DNA from: Ascidiella aspersa
Taxonomy: Eukaryota
Length of the DNA: 64,000 nt
Direction: 5' to 3'
Assembly (NCBI GenBank): GCA_963924565.1
Contig: OZ004607.1
Span: 25,606,001 to 25,670,000, forward strand
Part shown: piece after piece, positions 42,001 through 54,000 of the stretch
Layout of the letters: every line of letters begins with the position of its first letter
How positions within the stretch are numbered: the first letter of the stretch is position 1
Translations under genes and position numbers: made by a program
The notes under the pieces: generated by a model
What the model was told of the DNA's origin: nothing
Databases searched by the model: none
Seen by the model: the letters and a program-made list of their open reading frames with translations, nothing else

Positions 42001-45000
42001 AAAATGGCGAGCGACACGCGACCGGCTTCGCCCGAGAGTATTTCATTGACGGTATGGAGGTGATAAATATGAACCAGTTCGGTGCCAGCGAAGTGATCGT
42101 GATTACCGGCGGCGTGATCCCATATAGTGAGAATTATTACCTCGATGCCATGATCGTTAGCGAATTTAACCCCTGCAGTGTAGTTGCCGTGTGGCTCGCT
42201 AAATGTGATCACGAAAATAACGTTGTCGAGCGTTTCACCGTGCATTGTTTTGTTAATCGCTATAAGCTCCTTGGATGACCTAATTATAGCTTCCGTTAGG
42301 TCGTTTCGCCGGCTTCTCTGTGATTCTAGGTCGAAAATCGCATCCGTGATAATGCTCATGTTTTGGAAGTGACTGATGTTAAACGATACCTCGATGTAAT
42401 CGCCGTACTGGTCCACTCCAACGTGCAGAGTCGTGTTAGGTGTTCCGTACGAGTCCGGTTTGATGGCTGCAATGTAAGTGTGCATCACCTTCTTGAGTTC
42501 GTAGTAAGATTTGGGCGATACATTATCGGGACTGTGCAGGAGATATATGAGATTTACTTTCCCGTCACAGTATCGCCTGGTCACCGTTACAGCTTTCACT
42601 CCTTGCCAACCTGTTGTGGTTGGGAAGGTTGGTTTTGTGACGTTTGGGGTCACTTCTGTGGTTAAGCTTGGGGTCGATGTGACTTCTGGGAGACCTGCTA
42701 GCGTAAGAGGTCGAGTGAAGTTGGCACCAAACGAAGTTACGTATGGCGTTGTGGCCACTGATGTACATTGCACGTTACAAGCTTCGGTGCACTCGCTGTA
42801 AACACAAATAAAACGTACAATTAAACATTATTTATCAGACACATGATCAGTATCTTCTCAATAAATTGAAATTAATATATAAATTAATCTTCCGCAAGTG
42901 TCATTGCTTTAAATGTTACTTATTCAATACATTATGAAATTGTGTGACGTCATGCAGAAAATGGTTACAAAAGTCTTTCAGGAAATTTCTATGTTCCCTC
43001 GAATAAACTTATGCCGATTGGTTTCTTGAGTGCAACCCGTATATTTACCATCTGGTTGGTCCGTCATGAACAACCAAGTCGCCCACGTTATAGTATTGGC
43101 CGCGAGCGTGGCAAGAGTTGATCTCGAAAACGCATGACTGAGTCTTGCCATCGAACGTCAATCCTGTAATTGGGTGTAACAAAAACAGTACAGCTCATCT
43201 TTAGAGAAAAACACTTAAAAGACAATAATTATTTAAAAAATGTAACAAAACTTCATAAGACAATGTTAGCTTGATAAAAGTTATTTAAAATCACATCAAA
43301 GTATTTAATAAGAATGTATAAAAAAGCCGGGGTGAGATACCCCGATTGGGTTAGTTTTTAGAGGCCTATATCGTCGGTACGGAGTGCGCAAGCCTCAAGC
43401 AGACTGGGCAAATATATCGCGTGTAATACCTTCTGGACAGGTAGGGAAGCAACCTTCAACACAAGCAATGCCTTTTGGACAAAGGTTGCTGTCGCTACTG
43501 GGATGATGGCAAAGGGTGCAGGCCGGTGCGCACGACTGGTAATGCCACATACACTCCGTTTGGTCTTGGTTGAAAGCCTCGCACATCAAAGCTGAAAATG
43601 TTATGAATGCAAACCAACAGTGGTCAATAAATGGATTAACGGCAACTTTTAGGCAAATGTACCCTTAAGAAAAAAAATAATTTCACAAAAAGACCAGGGC
43701 GAGATGAACACTTACGACAGACAGTTGGCGTCCTCCATTTTAGTGGAAGCCCTGCGTTTGCACAAGCCGATGCATATGCTGCAACCGCGGTACAGAAGCA
43801 CTCGCAATCGCCTCCCATGTTACAACCGCATGAATCGAAAACACAGTTTTCGTAGTACCATCTCACATTGACCTAAATAACAATATTGCGTTTGGTGACA
43901 ATCCAAGTGTAGATATGCTCTTTTACAATTGTATCGTTTATTCTAAACTTAATTTGCAATCCTGCAGCAAAGTCATGCATACATGGTTCGAAAAAAGTTA
44001 TATGTCACAATGGTGGGAAGTATAACTTACCAAGGAGTGGCAGGGGATAAACATGCTGCTGTATAAGATTTTACAACTCTTTTGTGCCCATGGCATGCGA
44101 GAGGGATTGAGTAGACATGGGTTCTTCAACGTAACGACGCTGTCACAGTTAGGAGAGGTCTTTTAAAAACAAACAATTGTTTTAAGGTAATATTTAAATG
44201 CCTAAATCTTAATTAGTAGGTAATAAACCTATCTCTGGTCAAATAACATGCAAGACATACAACTGAAAATGTATAATTAATGTTTTATTTTCCAACCTTC
44301 CAACTGTTTCCGAACTCGAATTGGTTGACGGCTTGCATTCGGTCGCTCTTGGTTTTGTCATTGTTTTGATTCCCATCGAAGTTGCCGCATAAACCACAGA
44401 CCCGACCCTTTACATAGGTGTAAAACGCAAATTTTAAAGCTTAACCAAACAGATTTGTCTACCACACAAAGCGACAAATCAATTTCCAACGAGAACGTGT
44501 AATAAAGTCAACCAGTGCATCAAATTTAACGGTAAAAAATATCACCCACCTTCCACTTTGGATCGAGCCAAACAGTGACAGTCGACCTGCTGTCCCAGGA
44601 CACAGTAAGGCCGATGTCTGTAGTAACGATAGTCTGGAGACCAGCCTGGTGGTAATCCCACATGGCGTAAGTCCAGTTGGTGTGCGATCCGGGCGCGGGA
44701 ACAACCTTCACTGTTTTGGGTTTGTCTGAAATTTTTTCATTACAATTTTAAACTTAAATTTGACATACAGATTACAACCACTTGAAATAAATGGCCGTAT
44801 CCGAATCCAACGTGTCATACCGTATCCGAATCCAACGTGACCGAGTTGAATCGACACCTTGTCTTCGAGAGTGATGGTTACCCCCTTGGTGCAGGCGATC
44901 CCCCCTTCACCACACAAACCGTTTTCCACATGAATGCGAAAGCTGCCGGCACTGTTATCGCAGTAGTCCTGTAAAACCAATTTGAGGTGCTACTTGAATA

Positions 45001-48000
45001 TGTTAGGCGCGTTAGAGCAATGTTATGGAAAACAATACTCGTTGGAAAACAAACAATACATAATAAACCGAAATGTTACTCGTTTTATTCAAAAAAGTGA
45101 ATTTAAACCACCACATCAAAATTCGTCGTAATGTGAAAAATATAACAAATAATAGGATAGTAAAAGCGGGTAAATCTATAAAAAAATGTGTAATTTGTGC
45201 TCACGTGGGCAAGTATGTATGTACAGGATCCCATAAATTTATATGAATACCCGTCGAAGGTGATATAATGAGGATCGCCGTAAGCCAGGCATTGGCCGAG
45301 GCAAGAGTGGTTTGTACATATCCACTCTCTGTTCACACATTCGCTGCAAAACATAATATGATGATTGTATAGTCTAGTAGGCTACACAACCAACACGGGC
45401 GGTTGATACAAACTTTAATACGGATCAAAAAAAATGTTAATACGGATCTCGGTGTCAATCATCAAACTAAAAGGATGCTAGCTTTTTACAATATAAATGC
45501 ATCTCTTGTCATTTGAGTGGGCTTTGGAGTGTTAAAGCTTCGTCATACCATGTCTACGTTTATTTTCTGTTTTCTTTCCATAATAGGCCTACAGTTTTAT
45601 CACATATTTCTTAAATGTTTGTTTGTGCCTATACAATACAAGTACAGACAACGGCCTTTACCGAAATAAAACTTTGCAAACAAAATTGTTGCAACCAATA
45701 TGTATTTTATTATGGTTTGAGTCGCACATTTTAACACATGTTAGACTGGATCCTCTGAGTTTCAAATTAATTTTGAGCAAAAGCACAAGCAAAATGTTGT
45801 TACCACTTATTGCAGTCACGCATCAACGTATGCCCGGGAAAGAAGGGCCTTGAACTGTAGTAGCATGGGCAGTCGTGTTCCTGAATGCAAACGCTGCGTT
45901 CGACATCATAAACCTGGCCGTCCGGGCAGCCACAGCCCTCAACACAGGTAGCTGTAATAGTGTGGATAAAGTAAGAGCAAACATAAACTATCCGCTGGTC
46001 TAAGTATATTGTTTTATGACTATATCCTATACACTATATGTATTGGTCATTTTTGACAAAAGCCAACAAACAAATTACTTGAATAGCAATCGTCTCCGAG
46101 TGTTCGGCAGTTTCTTTGACATTCGATCCCGACCGAATGGGGGTCACTTGCGTTGCATGTTATAAGGGTCTGGCCAGGAGGGCAGGTTGCACCACCTGTA
46201 TAACATATTTTAAACGTGGTTAAAAGACAAACTACAGTCTTATTGCACTACTTTATTAAGATTTTTTTTCTTCTATAAAAACAAATGTTATTATATCGAC
46301 ATGACTCTAATTTCTACACAAAAGGAAAAATAAACATATTTGTGGGTGTTAACTAAAACTTACGGTTTCTTCTGCCCCCTCTTCCACCCAAACCTGGGTA
46401 TGGTCGCTTGTTGTAAGTACAAGTGAAACGGCCCTCCAAGCAGGCGCTGCAAATGGGCAAGATAATATATATATATTTAGAGTAAACACATGGTAAGTAC
46501 TAAGTAGTATTATCTTTAGTTAGACAGGCGGCTAAGTTTTTCAGCATTATAACACCTTTGCCAGTAAAATAGAGAGCTTAAGTTTCTACCAATTTTAATC
46601 CATTATAAAATTGTTAGGGATCTTTTTTGTGGTTTTCTATGGCAACAACATCAATATCCCTATAAATTGCCCAACTAACGTTTGTTAAGTATAGTCAACA
46701 AGTTAGAGTCACTTTACAGTGAGTGATGCTTTCACTAACCAGTTGGTATTCTTTCTATGCAGCCTGGCGAAGGGCCGATAGAAGTTGCCCTTGTGGTAGC
46801 AATGGCAGTGCGACTGCTCGACGCAGTGGCCCTCGTGAAGAAAGAGCCCGTCGGGACAGTTGCAGCCCTGGACGCAGGTTTCGTCGCAACGCACCGAAAG
46901 GTCGGCGATGGAGCGGCATGTCGAATAACAGGAGCTGGCGCACTCGCGGTACACCTGGTTGTTGTCGCACGTCACGTCTAAGGAGCGGGGGAAAACGTGT
47001 TTTGATCACTTAGGATTGAAAAAAGACGAAAAAATAGTCCGGGTCACGAATCCCGACTCAGGCCTAATTAACCGTATTCGTGGAGCCCCGTACCTGGCTC
47101 ACACTTCATAGCCCCATATTTCGCCCAACTTTCCACCCTATGCTATATCACCTTTTCCATTTAAAGTATGAGGCATAATCGGTTCGCAAGAAAAACGTCA
47201 GACTCGGGACTCTGGTAGTCTTACGTAGTTTATTCGATTACCGAGTCAGTCGTGAGCAAGAGCAAGATAATGAATCACCTAAAGCCAAACGCTCACACGT
47301 TGTCTTCTTAAAATGTCAAGGCGGGGTAGAAAAGAGCAACAACAGCCACACAATAAATATGCTGTTTGCTACCAGGCATAGTATACTACGGAACTGACAG
47401 GTTCTGAAAGATAACAACTGAGTTGTGCGTTGTCGTAATTATCGCTTTGTACTTTTGACAGTTGTTTCGCGCATTTTATCTCATTCGCTTCATCCGTTTT
47501 TGTGTCGTTTTACTTTGCGTCTTGTGGGCCATGTGTGTCATTCCCTGATGAAGGCTTTTTAAACAGCTAGTTAGCCAAAAAGGTTGGACAAACAAATATA
47601 TACTGAAGAACTTATTTTTAGTAGTACAACCACACAAGCCGTAAAATAAAAACTCACGACAGAATCTGGGGGTCCTCCAATTGGTCACGTGACCGGCGCG
47701 TGCGCAGACGCGTGCATAGTTGGCGATCGCGTTGCAGAGACACTCTTCTCCGTCCTCGCAAGCGCAAACGTCGTACACGCACTGATCGTAGTACTGCTGC
47801 GGCTGTATGTCCACCTGACAGGCGGCGAACGTGCTGCTGCGAATCACTTCGCATTCGGTGGAGGCAAAATTGGCTGCGAACGAAGGGTATTCAGTAAAGT
47901 CGTGGACTGATGTTGGGCTGGTTGGGTAAATATATATATGAACGACAATCCGATCCGATCTCAAATAGCGTCTTTAATATGTCAAAAAACAGAATCTAGT

Positions 48001-51000
48001 AACAATTGTTTTAAGTGTTGAAAAGTTAGCTACGTTTTATTTTTACCTTTTAAGACAAAGAGATGATTTTGTTAAACATCTACCATTATTTGTAAAATGA
48101 CGATATCCGTTTGGTTGGGGATTCGCAGCGAAGCAACTCTATATCAACCACTTTACATCCTGAATCGACTTCGATATGATATTTTCGGGCATTCCTATAA
48201 GTTTGAAATGGTATTTCTATACTATTTTATTCTTCCCTCGTGCACTTTCCAATACTGCGAGTAATTCGACACAAACAATTCGCTGGATTATGATTTTGCG
48301 GCCCTAACTTCTCCTGCAAGGACCGAGACGAATGACATCATCATTCTCATTTGGCAACCATGCGAATCTTGTGGCGACAATCAGGTTCGGATACGTTTAA
48401 CAATTTCTTGTTTCCCCAATTAAATGTCAAATATTTTAAGAAAGTGCCATGCCGACGGGCGACTTTGCCATACACCCAAAGCCCAGGCATGCGTACTTGG
48501 CACAATAAAACAAAGTTGCAGCATATAGTTTCCTTTGTAGACATTGTTTGGTTATTTTTGCAATGTTTGGACTCGAGAACGTTCATTAGGCACTCTTTAA
48601 AAGCCGCCGACTAGTAATGAGGAAACAAATCAATCGATTTATAAATTATGTGCATTAAGAACAATGACCCAGTTTATCCTCTTTTATTCGGTTTGAGTTG
48701 TCTTTATGCGACTGCAAAATGATCAAAGCTAAAACACTACCTCGCTTGTGATTTACTTGGCATGGCTCAAACAACTGATCGGAAGCTGTGTCGCGGCAAT
48801 CCGAATTAGCCTTCCACATGTTGGCGAACGTCGCAGGATTTTTTTCAACCATGCCTGGAAAATAACAGTTAGGATGTAAGTAGTCTGATATTTTGTCTGT
48901 AGCATCCACACATTAGTATTGGTAATTTACATTAAAAACTTGTTCATTGTTTGTTTGGGTAAGTGATTTGAGTTTTCCGCTGTTTAAACCTCCTAAATTG
49001 TCGACAATTGATAGTTGCCTTAACGTTGCCACACAAATCATCTGGGAAATAATTTTATTTTGTTACAATTCAAAGTTTGTTCACCTTTTTGTGCGTACTA
49101 TTCGAAGGTTTCGTATCGTGTTTTCCTACAACCATTGTTCAGAAAATCTGCTACGTTTTATAACTTTACGTTAACTTAATAAACTCTTTACTTTTCTATT
49201 CAGTACTTTAGCCTAGCAATTATAGATTGGCCTGGACAAAGTCGCATAAAGAATAAATGAAGTTTTTCTCTACCATTAAAATTCCTCATGTCGTTTATCT
49301 GGTTGTCATCATAGTTTCCGCATAAGCCGCACAACTTTCCCATCCATCTAAAAACAAAATTCAAATTTTATCACAAATACAAAAAATTATCAATTTTTTG
49401 ATTTTAGTAACTTTGTTTTTTTTGTTTTTTTGTTAAAAAAACAATATAATATTTTAACTTTATTCGTTTCAATCATCTGATAGCAAAAACCAAGCCTGAA
49501 ATTTATTACCATCAGACCTTCATTTTGTTTACACTCTACCTCCTATCAGCCTTAACGTATAGTCTTGACGTGCCATCCCAATCAACAGTAATGCCAATAT
49601 CAGAGCTAATCTGAACGAATGAGGAAGACACCTGTTGTATCTGGAAAGAATCTGTTGAAGCACAAAGTTGATTATGATTTAAACTAAAACCTTAATTTAT
49701 AAAACATTAAGATATCTTTGTTTTTATGCTTGAAAACAAGGTTAATCATAGTCAAGTATCAACAAATTAGTAAAACTAAAACTTCAAACTAATAAATTGA
49801 AGTACTGGTAATAAAGAAGTGATTAGTATAACAACGAAGGCTACAATGCAAGAATACTGAATGCTGGTTAGGTGTCGCAAACACCCGATGATCCCTAGTG
49901 CTATAGACAAAACAAACGTAGCAGTTAAAGGTTTTGTTGATTGGCGTATCTGCCTTGTGTCGTGATTGAATTGCCGTGAGAAAGCGCCATCGGCTCAACA
50001 ACATAGTAGGCCCCGGGACAACAGTCGGAAATCATCGAAAGATGTCTAGCGATAATTCGGGACATTTCTGCATTTTCCAACCGGTACCAGGCAATCGGTG
50101 CAGTCCGCCCAAGGATTCGTGCGTTGGCCTACAAATCGTTCGACGAACCCAAACAGGGGATGGAGAACTACACTCGACGAAACAAAGGAAGCAATCGCAA
50201 CGACCAGCAAGTGCTTGTGACGCAGTAGACTAAGTGGCAACAGCGTGCGAACTATTGCGAGTAAGGCGTATCATAAACCCGCGTGATCTGACTGTAATCG
50301 TACAACAGCAGACTGCATCATAAGCTATGTTTTTCTGGACAGAGTTCCATGTCCAATTACAGACCGGTCGAAAAGGGCAGTCCAATTACCGGAAGCGATT
50401 AATCATGCATTGCGCCCCTGTTGAAAGTCGCCTCACCTCGGATGAAAGGCAGTCCCACAATCTTTTCGTCCACGGACACCGAATGTCCTTGGCTTAGCCT
50501 GATCGTGACTCGTCGGGGTCGCACGGTTCTGTTCGAGTTTCTCGACGCCCTAATGCCCGGCGCAATGTTGAAAGCAACGGTGACGTCTTTGGTGCAAGTG
50601 ACCATCGTGTCAGCGCCGCATATCGTGTTGTCCACCACCACGCTGTTTTTTAACCATGTATTTAAAAATGCATGCTTTACTCGCAAATTAATGTCCACCT
50701 TTCACTTTAAAAGTGGAAATCTTTCTGAGTTGTCTATTTAAACACCATTGTAAATTAGGCGCGTTGCAAACAATGCAAACAAATAAACAATCACATAACA
50801 AAGACACTATTTAAAATTCCAAAAAGAATTCAGCGGTACAACCTAAAGATATTTATAAAAAAGAGACAGCGCCTTTTTTGTCCTACACAGAATCAATTTT
50901 ATCTTGGCGACTTATTTTTAAAACTAGCTCCTATATGATTGCTACCTAAAAAGCGAACTGTGACTGCAGTCTTTCGTGAAGGTATATTGACACTCTCCGT

Positions 51001-54000
51001 GCATTGTGTAGATCTGTCCGTCGAAGGTTGTGTAATGAGGGTCACCAACTGCTGAGCACTCCGAAGGACAAGACAACCTTGTGCAATTCCACATTGCGCT
51101 CTGGCATGTGCTAATAGAAAGAACAAATATTTTGTACCATACAATTATTGCAGCCACTTTCTTGTGAACAATTTTTGTAATCTATTTAAACTTTTGAGGT
51201 TTATCACCACTTGCCAGGATAAGTAATAACAAACATAGTGTTTCCTATGGTATAATGTAGATTGCTACACTTTGTAACAGATTTGACATGAATTGGTCGT
51301 GTACACTTGAGCTGATTTAATTTTTTTTTAATTCAAAATTATCTTTTGTTTTTCATTTTCCGCGTTTGGGACACGCTATAACATTTTTACCCAATGTCTT
51401 TAAATTGATTAAACCCGAAAATTTTATAAATACACCTGTTTTAAATATCGACAGCAAAACCTACCACGAGGAACAGTCCTGCTCGAGAACGTATCCCACT
51501 GGGTGTTCGAGGGAGTTATGGATGCAGGGACACTGGTCCTCCGGGACGCAGTGTCCGTCGTGGAGAAGAGTTCCAGGAGGACACACACATCCGTCCACGC
51601 AGTGCTCGTCACAGTCCGTGTCTGGGGTGACCAGGTTATGGCAGGACTTGGGGCACGAGCTTCCGCACTCCTCGTACATCATCCCCGTGTCGCAAGTGAT
51701 CGCTGCGGGCAAATGCGTATGACTTTTACAGCAGTAAAAATGCCGCCGAGAATAAACTGCAATGCTTAGGTACGCGCTTTGGAGACACATTAAGTTTTAT
51801 ACGTTACTGAATTTGCGAGCCTGGACGCAAAAATAAAGCGAGCAGTTCGGAGACACAAGCTTATTGCATGGCATAAACAGTACATGCTGTAACTAGAACT
51901 AAATAAAAACTAAACCGTTATTCATAAAGAGACTTTTGAATCAGACGTATGCTAATTCCAAAATAAGTTTCGAATAAGTTTGCAACATTGTCTAAGTCAG
52001 TACTTAAAGCTTTTCTCAATCTTTCGTCAGAATTTTGGTAGGTGTAATCATGAACAAGCAAAACGATGGTGGCCAACTTAAATACGTTTAACTAAAGCTC
52101 TTACGGCAAAAGTTTGGTCTTCTCCAGTCTGGCTTGATGTCGGTTTTCTCCATACAAAGGCGAGAATATTGTGACACGGCGGCACAATGGCACTCCGGCT
52201 GAAGTGTAGTCTGTAAGCGTGAATATAACACGAAGAAATGTAACTTTCGTAAAGCGAGAGATTGAAATTTATCGGTTCTTATTTGGTAAAACAAATGTGT
52301 TTACACCTAAAATTAGAGTTAGTTGTGTTGGGTATATAAAAATGTATTCAGTGATTTACTACTTACCTTTTTTGCGTGTTTAGTATCGAAAGAGGTTCGA
52401 TTTGTACGTTCACATTTTAAATGCACTCATGATTTTAATTAAATCTCCACCCGTATAGCTTCGTCAATAGAACAATACCACAGCGCTTAAATATAAGATC
52501 GTTAAAATCTAAACCCACCTCACATCTACAAAGATCCGATACGCAGCCATCTTCAAGTGGTGTCGGATCCACCCCGGCTCTAATGCAGTCGGCAAAAGCG
52601 CCATTTTTCGAGATGAATATCATGCAAACTTTACGAATTTTCTGAAAATGTGTTTATTTTACAACATGTTTAAAACTTCAAAACAGACGAACGAAATAGT
52701 GTTACAAGTCGTTTAGGTGTTATATGGTTAAATATTATGTTACCCATTTCGACAATGTATATCATCAGATCGCGTGAATAACCGGGCTTTTACACTATAT
52801 CGAATCCTATTAAATCATGAAATATAAAAGCCTATATGTAAACCAGTCGGCACAGTTGTTTAAATTAAATTACCCAGCGCCAAGAAAGGGAACAAAATAT
52901 TACCTCTACATTTTCAGCGCTGACTCCTTTGCAGTCGTATTTTAACTTGCTCACTTCCTGGCAATGTGTATGTATCCCCCTAACGTTCCATTCCCTGGCC
53001 CAAAACAAGGTGTTGCGGGCCGGCGTTTCTAAAATACGATTACGCATTAAAACATGATTTTATAACCTGTTCAATTGATGGCGCTAAGTTTTTATATGTG
53101 AATAAACGTTTGGTTAAATTGGTTTTTATAGTTTATAATTATATCAATATATAGAAAAATTAAGCTCAGTTCAAAGGCATTAAGCTCAGTTCAAAGACCC
53201 CATACAAACTTAAATGAGCCAAAATTTTCGCAACTTAATTATAACAACCCATATACGTATTGGTGTCACAAATCCGTAATACTGTAATTATAAGATAAAT
53301 AATAATTCAGGCAAATACGGAGAGCGACCCACTGTCTTTCAGTTGCATATCGTTCGAAGAGTTGCCGTCTGCGTCGCCACAAAGCCCGCAAAGTCTGCCG
53401 CTGTAATTGTTCTCGTGCAATTCGATTTCAGCAACCCCCTTGCCGTTCCACAGCAGTATTATGCCAATCTTGAGAGTCACTCGCAGGTATCGCCCCACCT
53501 TGGAAATGGAGAACATCGGCTGGGCGTAGGTGTTGTGGGTGAGTCTACGAACAGCAACGTATAACGATAGTGTACCAACCAGTAATATTAAACACAACCC
53601 AAAGAATAACTTCTGTTGTTTAAACATCAAACAACACTTTATTTGTCGTCACAATCACAATTTCGTTCACACGAGCGAAACACCATACACGGTTACTAAA
53701 GTTTTAGGGCGCTCTTTAAATAGTAGGCTAACAAAAAACATAAAGTAACTAAAATATTATGAAGCGCCAAAAAAATGAAAAACTTGGCCAAATATTGCCA
53801 GTCAACTAACAATGGAAATGTCGAATATTTCTGTCAAAAGTTCAACCAGGTAAATGTTGCTAATTATTTACTTCAGAATACATCACTTATTTATCTCAGG
53901 TTATTTACAGAAATGGTAATTTAGTGAGGAATATTAAGTAACTAAAAGGTATGCCTATTATTACTTACACAGTTCCGTTTAGCAAGGCCACGTTATTGGG

